A DNA stretch of 64,000 bases, taken from positions 736,001-800,000 of the forward strand of contig OY762926.1 in assembly GCA_963666735.1 (NCBI GenBank), given 5' to 3'. Below are positions 49,158 through 57,305 of this stretch, piece by piece. Numbering within the stretch: the stretch's first letter is position 1; the number at the start of each line of letters is the position of its first letter. The notes under the pieces were generated by a model. That model made no database searches, was not told the DNA's origin, and saw nothing but the letters and a program-made list of their open reading frames with translations. The DNA comes from Gemmatimonadota bacterium. GTDB taxonomy: Bacteria > Gemmatimonadota > Gemmatimonadetes > Palauibacterales > Palauibacteraceae. The position numbers and the translations under genes were made by a program.

Positions 49158-50566
49158 CGCTTTTCTCCCCGCCCCGCGCTCCGCCGGTTCCGGGCGAAGA
49201 AGGGCATCCGTTTCGAAAAGTCCACCGGCATGGCCCGGCGGACCTCGGTCATCACCTCGAGCGTCACTTCGGTGTCCCCGCGCTCGCGCGCGAACTTTTC
49301 CACCCGCTGCGCCACCACGCCGCGCACGAAGCTGGGGATGGCGTTGAGCCGTGCGTCGGCTTCGCGGCTCCACGGGAGCTTCTGCTCTGCCGCCGAGCCG
49401 TACGTGACCGGCTGGCGCGGCTCGATCGCCTGCGCGATGCCGGGGGCCGGCTCGTAGGCGCAGGAAGGATCGGGACCGAGCAGGTCTCCGTCCACCGCAT
49501 AGGCGCGGGCGCGACAGCCGCCGCACAGCGCCCGATACTCGCAGCGTCCGCACTTCCCGCCCGGTTCGCCGTCCCGCAGCAGACGGAAGACGGTCGCCTC
49601 GCGCCAGATCTCGCCGAACGAGGCATCGGAAAGATCGCCGGCCACCTCCGGCATGTACGGGCACGGCGTCACCTTGCCCTCGGGCGTGATGCGGCAGTAC
49701 TGGACACCGCAGGGGCAGCGCGTGCGGTAGTTGAGGAGCGGCGAGGCCGGATCCCGTTCGTACACGTGCCGCATGAGTTGCGGCTGGCACTTGGAGCGGA
49801 TCATGAGCCGGCCCCGGTATTCGCGCTGGAGTTCGGCGAGCCGGGCCACGAGCTCGTCGTTCTCCTCGGGCTCGAGGCCGCGCATTCCCGCTCCCCTCCC
49901 CGTCTCGACGAGAAAATAGACGTTGAGGCAGACGGCGCCCTTCGCGTCCGCCCAGGCCGCGATGGCATCGAGTTCGTCCCGGTTTCCGCGCGTCACGCTG
50001 AACTGGATGAGGAAGTCGAGCCGATGCTCCCGGAGGCGGCCGACCGCGGCGAGGGTGTCTTCGAGAGCGCCCTCTCCGTGCCGGAAGCGGTCGTGATAGC
50101 GCGGGTTGAGGGAGTCCACGCTGAGCGCCACGCCCTGCACCCCGGCCGCCTTCAAGGAGGTGATGCGCTCGTCCGTGAGGCCGGTGCCGTTCGTGCCGAC
50201 CGTCACCGTCGCGCCGCGCTCGGAGGCGTAGGCCGCGATCTCCTCGAGATCGGAGCGCACCAGCGGCTCTCCTCCGCTGAGGATGAGAAGCGGCGACGAA
50301 CTCACTTCGAGGATCTGATCGATTACGCGGAAACAGGCCGCGGTATCGAGTTCGTTCGCGGCCGCGTGCCAGGACCCCGCCGAAATGTAGCAGTGGGCGC
50401 AGGCGAGGTTGCAGCGGCGCGTGAGGTTCCAGGCGACGACGTGAGGGATGGCGACATCGGGGTCGGCGCCCGGAGACGCGGCGGCGGGGGCGCCGTCCAG
50501 GAGCGACCCGGGCACGGCGGGGGTCCGGTGCGCGACAGCTCCCGCGGCCAGCGGGGCCCCGGTCAC
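49154..50566 (-). CDS. Radical SAM/SPASM protein (AhbD/NirJ-like) with C-terminal PCP_red-like domain
   Basis: WNLTRRCNLACAHC, SGGEPL, CPCG...C...PCPY and GKCGRCEY..LCGGCRARA...C. Tail WSREADARLNAIPSFVRGVVAQRVEKFARERG. GTG at 50566. Confidence 0.85.
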   Translation of the reverse strand: MTGAPLAAGAVAHRTPAVPGSLLDGAPAAASPGADPDVAIPHVVAWNLTRRCNLACAHCYISAGSWHAAANELDTAACFRVIDQILEVSSSPLLILSGGEPLVRSDLEEIAAYASERGATVTVGTNGTGLTDERITSLKAAGVQGVALSVDSLNPRYHDRFRHGEGALEDTLAAVGRLREHRLDFLIQFSVTRGNRDELDAIAAWADAKGAVCLNVYFLVETGRGAGMRGLEPEENDELVARLAELQREYRGRLMIRSKCQPQLMRHVYERDPASPLLNYRTRCPCGVQYCRITPEGKVTPCPYMPEVAGDLSDASFGEIWREATVFRLLRDGEPGGKCGRCEYRALCGGCRARAYAVDGDLLGPDPSCAYEPAPGIAQAIEPRQPVTYGSAAEQKLPWSREADARLNAIPSFVRGVVAQRVEKFARERGDTEVTLEVMTEVRRAMPVDFSKRMPFFARNRRSAGRGEKR

Positions 50567-52824
50567 TTCGCGCGCGATCCCTGCTCCGAAGCGGGACCCG
50601 CTTTCGCCCCTGCTTCCCCCGCATCCCCCTGCTCCGCTCCCGACTCGTCTCCCAGTTCCGTGCGCGCGAACTGCTCGACGGCGGCGCGGGCGTCGTCGGG
50701 CGAGACCATCTTGAAGTCGACGGGACAGTCCTCCGCCTGTTGTTCGATGTCGCGGATCGGACAGCGCGTCACGCCGGAGGCCTTCGCTTCCTCGATGAAA
50801 CGCTTCATCTCCTCGCTCATCCCGTCGACGCCGGCGGCCTCGGCCCGTGCCTGCTTCGCCTTCAACTCGTTGAACATCACGAGCATCGTGTCGAGGTCGA
50901 ACTCGTCGGCCGCGATCATCGCGTCCTTGTTCTCGTCCATCACGAGCGTGGTCACGCGCCACATGCCCTGGTCGCGGGCAAAGCGCTCCACCGTATTCCG
51001 GGCGAGGGGCCGCGCGATGAGCGGCACGCGGCCCAGGCGGTCAAATGCCTCGTGCGTCCAGACGATCGGGTCGGCGGCCGTGCGGTCGCGAGGGATCTGG
51101 TTGTCCGTCACCGGGCACTTCGCCATCACGGGGAGCGGGGCCTCGAAGGCGTCGGCGTCGCTCGTCTCCACGACGGTCCGCTTCATCGCCTCGCCCGCCT
51201 TCACCTCGGCGAGGGCGAGTTCCTCCGCATCGCCGATGCCCATCACGAGCTGCATGTGGGTCGGGAGGAGCTTCTTGATCGCCTCGTCGAGACGTTCGTT
51301 CGTCACGACGGGCAGCTGGTCGCGGTTCCAGAGTTCCGCCTTCTCGCCGTTCCCGCGGCCGTTACCGGCCTGTCCGACCTCGGCGATCGAGGGGGCGGCC
51401 CCGGTCTCGAGCGCTTCGCGCGCCACCTGCGCCGTGCCGTTGGTCGCGGTCTCGGGTGCCCGGTACTTCTTCTCGTCCTTCGGGTTCGGCACGAAGGCGG
51501 CCGCGTAACGGCTGCCGGGTCCGTAGTGTTCGAGGACGAACTCCTCGACGGCCTTGCGCGCGATCCCGAGCGCGAACGGCGGCACGCGCAGGATCCTCAC
51601 CTCCGCCTCGGGCGCCCACTCGAGCCCGGCCTCCCCGTCCTCTTCGATCCAGGGGATCTCCTCCGGCCGCACCTGCTCGGTCCCGATGAGGAGCACGTTC
51701 GCGTCGGAGAGGTGGACGAGGTTGTCGGCCTGCGACCCCAGATCGGTGCCCTCGATGCGGTGCGAGCCGTGGCGGGCCACGACGATGAGGGAGGGATCGA
51801 TCTCTTCGGCCCACTTGAGGAGGGCGTCGAACGGCTTCCCGATGAGGACCTGCGTCTCGATTTCGACTTCTGGGTATTCGCTCGCCATCACCTCGGCCCG
51901 CTTGATGTTCGCCTTGCAGAGGCGGAGAAGGCCCTTGTCGATGATGTTGTTATGGAGTTCTTCCTGTTCCTCGAACTTGAACACCTTCGAGGCCTGGACC
52001 GAGAGCACGTCCTTGATGTTGTGGAAGACGACGTGGTGGTACTGCACGTCGAACGCGCTCGCGATGTAGACTTTGGCCCCGTATTCGCGGGCCATGTCGA
52101 GCGCGATGCGCAGCCCCTTGTAGGCGTAGGCGGAGCCGTCCACGCCCACGAGCCACTTGCCGCCTTCGAGCGTCCGGTCGTTGCGGATGATGAGCGCGTC
52201 CTTCTCGATCCCGCGCAACGCACGCGCGACCACGCCGCCGAGGCGGCTCCGCTCCTGCCGTCCGAGACCGTGGGCGCCGATCGTCACGAGGTCGTAATCG
52301 CGCCCGGAGGTGCCCGCGAGCTTGTCCTCCTGTTCCTCATCCTCGGCCACCAGGCGGCCGCCCTCGCCCAGCTTGACGTCCGTCCGCTGCTTTTCGCTGC
52401 CGTCGTAGTTGTGGGCGATGTTCGGATCGAAGCCGATGAGGCTCGGGAGACGTCCGCCGCCGCGGTTCGCCTCGTTGATGATCTCCTCGTAGTTGATGCC
52501 CTCGAGGAGCTGCCGCGTGACGGTCACTCCGGCTTCGGCACAGCGGCGGTGGAGCTGGTCCAGGAAGCTGTCGGAGATGAGCTGCAGCCCCTTCTCGATC
52601 AGCTTGTCGTGGATCTTCCGCTGCCTGCGGATCTCGGCCGGTTCCTGGAACTGGGCCGGAAGCCCGATCTCGAGCTGGCGGAACCGGATGTCGTGGAGGC
52701 GCGCGGCGTAGACGTGGGAGCCGGTGACGCGGCCCCCGAAGCGAGCGCAGAGTTCGATGGCGCGGTCGACGGCCCAGTCCGACTCGCGCGAGTTATCGAC
52801 CGGGACAAATACCTCTCGATACAT
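50563..52824 (-). CDS. Tandem universal stress protein domains + two PCP_red-like domains + Cys-Pro motifs
   Basis: VFVPVDNS..S / GAHGLG...LGGV and LVGVDGS / ARHG...LGSQA. Then WAPEAEVRILRVPPFALGIARKAVEEF and WTHEAFDRLGRVPLIARPLARNTVERFARDQG. Confidence 0.85.
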   Translation of the reverse strand: MYREVFVPVDNSRESDWAVDRAIELCARFGGRVTGSHVYAARLHDIRFRQLEIGLPAQFQEPAEIRRQRKIHDKLIEKGLQLISDSFLDQLHRRCAEAGVTVTRQLLEGINYEEIINEANRGGGRLPSLIGFDPNIAHNYDGSEKQRTDVKLGEGGRLVAEDEEQEDKLAGTSGRDYDLVTIGAHGLGRQERSRLGGVVARALRGIEKDALIIRNDRTLEGGKWLVGVDGSAYAYKGLRIALDMAREYGAKVYIASAFDVQYHHVVFHNIKDVLSVQASKVFKFEEQEELHNNIIDKGLLRLCKANIKRAEVMASEYPEVEIETQVLIGKPFDALLKWAEEIDPSLIVVARHGSHRIEGTDLGSQADNLVHLSDANVLLIGTEQVRPEEIPWIEEDGEAGLEWAPEAEVRILRVPPFALGIARKAVEEFVLEHYGPGSRYAAAFVPNPKDEKKYRAPETATNGTAQVAREALETGAAPSIAEVGQAGNGRGNGEKAELWNRDQLPVVTNERLDEAIKKLLPTHMQLVMGIGDAEELALAEVKAGEAMKRTVVETSDADAFEAPLPVMAKCPVTDNQIPRDRTAADPIVWTHEAFDRLGRVPLIARPLARNTVERFARDQGMWRVTTLVMDENKDAMIAADEFDLDTMLVMFNELKAKQARAEAAGVDGMSEEMKRFIEEAKASGVTRCPIRDIEQQAEDCPVDFKMVSPDDARAAVEQFARTELGDESGAEQGDAGEAGAKAGPASEQGSRAK

Positions 52825-53002
52825 GGCGCTCCGTTGGACGGCGTACTGCGGCCGGTTTTACGCTGCTCGCCCCAGCCTCGCCCGGGTGCGAAGCCCGGAT
52901 GTACGCAGTCCGCGCAGATCGGCCACGGACGAGGAATTCGGCGACGCTGGTCCAAGGTTGTCGAGGCTTCCGAAAGGTCCGGGGCCCCGCTTATGCGCCA
53001 AG

Positions 53003-53031
53003 AAGTTGCGGCTGCCCACGGGGAAAGTCAA
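53003..53031 (-). promoter_or_regulatory. Candidate sigma70 promoter for the USP-rSAM-cytochrome-oxidase unit
   Basis: TTGACT, 17-nt spacer, CAACTT on the minus strand, in the 214-nt gap. The -10 match is weak. Confidence 0.4.
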
Positions 53032-53038
53032 ACGCCCT

Positions 53039-53746
53039 CTAGGGAGTCCGCGGCCAACGGAGGCGGCGGCTCCAATCCGCGGCGAAAATCGCGGCCCCGA
53101 AGGTGAAGCCGGCCGCGACGAGAAGGCTGCGGAGCCAGACGGAAGCGTCTATCGGAATCCCGCTTGCGCCTGCCGAGAGGGCCGCCTGAAGCGGGGTGTA
53201 CGGATTCCACTCGGCGGCGAGGGAGGCCCAGCCCGGAGCCGGGGTCCGGAAGAAGCCGGCGAAGTGCAGGAGAAGGAGGGAGAGCGCGGCCGAGGCGAGG
53301 GCCGCTTCCGCGAGCGAGCGCACCGCTGCCGCCACGAGCGGGCCGAGGAGGTTCGCGAACCACAGCGTGGCGAGGACGGACGGGAGGACGACGGATCCCG
53401 CCCCGAGACCATCGGCCGACCACAGGAGGATGAGGACCGCGGGCGCGAGTTGGAGCGCGTCGATCGTCATGCCCGCGAGGGTGCGCTCGAGGAGCCAGCG
53501 GGGCGCGGAGTAACCGGCGCGGAGGATCTCATCGAGCCAGCCGTCGCGGGCGTCGCGCACGGCGGGGATGGCTGAGCCGAAGGCTCCGAAGAAGACGATG
53601 AAGACGCCGAACACGGCGACCCGGTGCGGCGCCGCGGCCGCGCTGAGGGCGACGGGCGTCAGGAGGAGGAGCGGGACCGCCACGTTCCACAGGAACAACC
53701 GCCGACGCCGGAGGGCCGTGCGCCATGCCAGCCGCCAGATCGTCAC
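53039..53746 (-). CDS. ABC-2 type exporter permease
   Basis: About 6 TM helices, VRDARDGWLD and WNPY. GTG at 53746 overlaps the ATPase stop. Confidence 0.8.
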   Translation of the reverse strand: MTIWRLAWRTALRRRRLFLWNVAVPLLLLTPVALSAAAAPHRVAVFGVFIVFFGAFGSAIPAVRDARDGWLDEILRAGYSAPRWLLERTLAGMTIDALQLAPAVLILLWSADGLGAGSVVLPSVLATLWFANLLGPLVAAAVRSLAEAALASAALSLLLLHFAGFFRTPAPGWASLAAEWNPYTPLQAALSAGASGIPIDASVWLRSLLVAAGFTFGAAIFAADWSRRLRWPRTP

Positions 53747-54690
53747 CGGCCCTCCTCTTCCAGGCGGCGGCCCGTCAGCGCCACGAACACGTCCGCGAGT
53801 CCGGGTTTCCGGATGTCGACGGAAGCCACGGGAACGCCGCCGCGCAGGATCCAGGCCAGCGTCTCGGGCAGGGCTCGGCTCGGATCCCGGACTTCGAGGG
53901 TGACCGTGCTCTCGTCCCCCGTCGAGGTACGTACGCCTTCCGGGGCGGGGCCGAGGGTGTCCGGGTCGGGACTCAGCCCCGCGGCGAACCGGATCTCGAC
54001 GCGGGGACGGGCGCCGACGCGCTCGAGGAGGCGGGCCGGGGTGTCCGCCACCGCACAGCGTCCGTCGACGATGAACGCGACGCGGTCGCACTGGGACGCG
54101 GCGAAGTCCGGATCATGGGCGGAGAGCACCGCGGTCCCCCCTGCGGCGCGGTGGCCGGCGAGCGCGTCGGCGAGGGCGGCCCGGCCGCCGGGGTCCAGCC
54201 CGGCCAACGGCTCGTCGAGGAGGAGGAGCGGGGCCGCGGTTGCGAACGCCGCCGCGAGGGCGAGCCGCCGCCGCATGCCGCTCGAGTAGGTGCCGGCGGG
54301 GCGGTCCGCGTCGACGTCCAGCCCGAAGCGCCCGAGCCAGGCGTCCGCCGCGGCGCGCGCTTGCCCGGACCGGGCGCCGTGGAGTTCGAGCAGGACGACC
54401 GCATTCTCGCGCCCGCTGAGCCAGGTGCGGAAAGCGGGCTGGTCGGGGGCAAGCCAGCGCCGTCCGGCGTCATCGACCCGAGGGTCCCGGCGGATTCCCG
54501 GGACATCGTCGCCGCCCAGGAGGCGCAGGAAGGTGGATTTTCCCGATCCGTTCGGGCCGAGGAGCGCCAGGCGTTCCCCCTCCCGGACGTCGAGCGAGAG
54601 GTCCCGGAGGGCGGGACTACCATCGGGATAGTCGTAGGCGAGGGCTTCCGCCGTTACGAGCGGCGGCTCCGGCCGCGGGCCGGGGTTCAC
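53743..54690 (-). CDS. ABC exporter ATP-binding protein (DrrA-like)
   Basis: GPNGSGKST, YSSGMRRRL, LLDEP.AGLD and LADVFVALTG. GTG at 54690. Confidence 0.9.
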   Translation of the reverse strand: MNPGPRPEPPLVTAEALAYDYPDGSPALRDLSLDVREGERLALLGPNGSGKSTFLRLLGGDDVPGIRRDPRVDDAGRRWLAPDQPAFRTWLSGRENAVVLLELHGARSGQARAAADAWLGRFGLDVDADRPAGTYSSGMRRRLALAAAFATAAPLLLLDEPLAGLDPGGRAALADALAGHRAAGGTAVLSAHDPDFAASQCDRVAFIVDGRCAVADTPARLLERVGARPRVEIRFAAGLSPDPDTLGPAPEGVRTSTGDESTVTLEVRDPSRALPETLAWILRGGVPVASVDIRKPGLADVFVALTGRRLEEEGR

Positions 54691-54986
54691 GGGACGATCT
54701 CGACCCCGTCTTCGCTGACGGTGATCGCATCGACCGGACAGGACGCACACGCCTCGATGAAACGCTTCCGCGAGGCATGTTCCGGTCCGGTGAACACCGC
54801 CACCCCATCCTCGTCGAGGTCGAAGGCCTCCGGTGCTTCCTCGATGCAGTCCCCGAAGCCGACGCACAGGTCGCGGTCGATGACGGCTCGGAGTCCGTGG
54901 ACTTCCCTTTCCATCAACGGGTCCGGAGCCCGCGCCGCTTCTCCGGCTTCTCCCGCATCTCCCATCCGTCCGCCACCGTCCGTCAC
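54687..54986 (-). CDS. Ferredoxin, [3Fe-4S]-type motif
   Basis: IDRDLCVGFGDCIEEAPEAF...CASCPVDAI. Alternative start ATG 54914. Confidence 0.88.
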   Translation of the reverse strand: MTDGGGRMGDAGEAGEAARAPDPLMEREVHGLRAVIDRDLCVGFGDCIEEAPEAFDLDEDGVAVFTGPEHASRKRFIEACASCPVDAITVSEDGVEIVP

Positions 54987-54992
54987 CGGCGG

Positions 54993-55436
54993 TTACATGC
55001 CTTCCAGTCCGAGATCGGACCGGGCACGGTCCATGACGGCGGGCGTCATCTCCTCGATCCCGCGCTCCCGGGCGTATTCGTTGTAGATCTTCTTCACCAT
55101 GCCCCGCACGAAGGAGGGCACCTGACCGAGCCGCTCCACCGCGTCCACGCTCCAGCGTACGGGGCCGGGGTTCGTCAACGGGGGCGCGGGCAGGGCCTCG
55201 TCGCGCGCCTGTTCCACGCCGGCGCGGATGCCCTCGAAGTTCTCGTCGGGCACGGTCCGGCCTCCCACCTTCACGCCGAGCGAGCTCACGAGTTGGGTCT
55301 CCATGGGGTTGGCGAGCATCGCGGTCTTGCGCCCGCAGGCGGGACACCTGAATACGGCGGCCATCGTGCCGTCTCCCGGCACGGCCCGCTCGTCGAAGGC
55401 CATCTGCCGGTCGCAATCGACGCAGAGGAACTTCAT
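54993..55436 (-). CDS. Zinc-ribbon + PCP_red-like domain protein (147 aa)
   Basis: MKFLCVDCD...CPACG, NPMETQLV.SLGVK and WSVDAVERLGQVPSFVRGMVKKIYNEYARERG. ATG at 55436 overlaps the Mrp stop. Confidence 0.82.
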   Translation of the reverse strand: MKFLCVDCDRQMAFDERAVPGDGTMAAVFRCPACGRKTAMLANPMETQLVSSLGVKVGGRTVPDENFEGIRAGVEQARDEALPAPPLTNPGPVRWSVDAVERLGQVPSFVRGMVKKIYNEYARERGIEEMTPAVMDRARSDLGLEGM

Positions 55437-56323
55437 GGCGCCCCGGACCCCGCGCGAAGGGCGTCGGCCATCTGCCGCAGGGCCTCCGCCGCCCCCCCCC
55501 CGCCGGCCAGCCACCCTTCGAGCCGCCCCTCGTCGGCTGCGGCTCCCAACGCCGCGTCGAAGGGGAGGCGTGCGAGCAGGGGCGTCCGAAAGCGGCGCGC
55601 CAACTCGGCTCCGGCGTCTCCGGCGTGCAGCGGGGCGAGGGCTCCGCAGGCATCGCAGCGAACCCCCGCGAGGTTCTCCACGAGTCCCAGGATGGGGAGG
55701 TCGCGCCGCCGGGTGAGATCGAGCGAACGGGCTACGGCATCGCGGGAGGCCGCGCTCGGGATCGTGACCGCGACGATGCCCGCCAGTCCGGGGACGAGCG
55801 CGTGAAGTTCGGCGAGCCGCTGGGTGCCCGGCGGCAGGTCGACGAGGAGCACGTCCAGCTCTCCCCAGGCGACATCCGAAAGAAATTCGCGCAGGGCCCC
55901 GCGTTCCTGGGCGCCCCGCCACACGAAACCGGCGTCGGCGGGCTCACGCCAGGTGAGGGCGCGGCCGGACTCCACGAGGAGCGCCATCGACATGACGCGA
56001 ACCCCGGCCCGTGAGGAGGGTGGCGCAAATCCGTCCGGGGATTCGGCGAGGATCCCCGGCTCGATGCCGAGAAGGCGCGGTACGCTGGGGCCGTTCAGGT
56101 CCGCGTCGATCAGACCCACGCGATCCCCGCGGCGGGCAAACGCCGTCGCCAGGAGAGCGGAAACGAGACTCTTCCCCACTCCGCCCTTGCCGCTCATCAC
56201 CGCGATCACGCGCGCCACGGAGGCGAGGCGCACGGACACGCGCTCGTCCCCGGCCGCGATCTGATCGGGGAGATCGGAGCGCAGTTCGTCCACTTCGTGG
56301 TAGGTGCGGAATCCGGAGTTCAT
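55433..56323 (-). CDS. Mrp/ApbC/NBP35 family P-loop ATPase (Fe-S carrier)
   Basis: SGKGGVGKS, DADLNGPS, WRG, WGELDVLLVDLPPGT and GLVENL...CDAC. Confidence 0.9.
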   Translation of the reverse strand: MNSGFRTYHEVDELRSDLPDQIAAGDERVSVRLASVARVIAVMSGKGGVGKSLVSALLATAFARRGDRVGLIDADLNGPSVPRLLGIEPGILAESPDGFAPPSSRAGVRVMSMALLVESGRALTWREPADAGFVWRGAQERGALREFLSDVAWGELDVLLVDLPPGTQRLAELHALVPGLAGIVAVTIPSAASRDAVARSLDLTRRRDLPILGLVENLAGVRCDACGALAPLHAGDAGAELARRFRTPLLARLPFDAALGAAADEGRLEGWLAGGGGAAEALRQMADALRAGSGAP

Positions 56324-56451
56324 CGGGGATGGAAGCTCCCACCGGGCCGGGAGAGGGTCAACAGGCGCCGTAGACGAAGTTTCGGCGGGCTTCCCGCCAT
56401 CGTACGATGTTCGGGAGGGTGGCCGTAGTCCATCGTGAATCGGAACGTCCC

Positions 56452-56679
56452 ATGTCGATCATCGGGTTTCACCGTTTCCTCATCGCAACCGCTATCGTCT
56501 TCTGCGCCGTCTTCGCCGCGTGGGAGTTCAGGATCTTCGCGAGCGCCGGCGGCTTCGGAGCGCTCGCGATCGGCGTGATCTTCGCGTTCGCGGCGGCGGC
56601 GCTGGCCTACTATCTCGCCAACCTGACCAGGTTCCTGAGCGGCACGTCGCACGACTCTCCATGGCGCCGGGGGCGGTGA
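56452..56679 (+). CDS. Small two-TM membrane protein
   Basis: MSIIGFHRFLIATAIVFCAVFAAW...ALAIGVIFAFAAAALAYYL. Its stop overlaps the next GTG. Confidence 0.7.
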   Translation: MSIIGFHRFLIATAIVFCAVFAAWEFRIFASAGGFGALAIGVIFAFAAAALAYYLANLTRFLSGTSHDSPWRRGR

Positions 56680-57305
56680 GGCGCGAGGAACGGGTGGGCG
56701 GAGGCCGGCCGGTTGCGCTGTACGTCGCGGGCGCCGTGTTCCTGCTCATCATCGCCGTCGTCGTGGCCGGCTCGTTCGTGAGACCCGATCCCCTGACCTT
56801 CGTCCCCACGCCCGCCGCCCCGCAGTCTCCCATGGACGGGTTCGTGGTGGACACCGTGACGATCGATGCGCGGGACGGCTCGCGGTGGGTCCACTTCGAT
56901 TTCGACAAGGGGAGCGCGGTCGATGGACCGCTCGCCGGATGGGATCTCGCGCTCAACCGGTACCACGTCGTCGTTAACGGCGGGACCGGCTACCCGGGAG
57001 CCGGCGGGGCCATCGCCACCACTACGCCGTGGGAGGCCGTGACCGAGGCCCCCGCGTCCGGTTACGCGACGACGGAGGGGGCGCTGGAGGATGGCCCGGC
57101 GACGCCCGGACTCGAACGCTGGTATCAGTACGGGTTCTTCTCGCACCTTCTCGAACCGAAGGATGAGACGTACGTGATCCGGACGGCGGAGGGGCGCTAC
57201 GCGAAGTTGAGGATCCTGAGCTACTACTGCCCGCAGGCGACGCCCGGGTGCGTGACCCTCATGTACGGATATCAGGGGGACGGCTCGCGCCGCCTCACGG
57301 GCTGA
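56676..57305 (+). CDS. HmuY-family heme-binding protein with N-terminal membrane anchor
   Basis: IDA...WVHFDF, WDLALNRY...NGG, WYQY and YVIRTAEGRYAKLRILSYY. GTG at 56676. Confidence 0.82.
   Translation: MRREERVGGGRPVALYVAGAVFLLIIAVVVAGSFVRPDPLTFVPTPAAPQSPMDGFVVDTVTIDARDGSRWVHFDFDKGSAVDGPLAGWDLALNRYHVVVNGGTGYPGAGGAIATTTPWEAVTEAPASGYATTEGALEDGPATPGLERWYQYGFFSHLLEPKDETYVIRTAEGRYAKLRILSYYCPQATPGCVTLMYGYQGDGSRRLTG

Noticed and set aside
49154..50566. RiPP biosynthetic cluster (rSAM/SPASM + ABC exporter + small ORFs)
   Set aside because: The enzyme resembles AhbD/NirJ heme-related rSAMs. No RRE domain, precursor peptide or peptidase was seen, and the context is respiratory.
47400..50624. 1074-aa ORF as a giant bd-oxidase fusion (similarly 44213-46573, 30011-32620, 53743-55653, 14999-16906)
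   Set aside because: The N-terminal extensions are off-frame readings of the upstream genes. The true starts sit at NTGA overlaps.
49154..55436. Chlorophyll biosynthesis or phototrophy inferred from PCP_red-like domains
   Set aside because: No BchN/BchB catalytic domains or other bch/puf genes are present; only the small accessory domain occurs.
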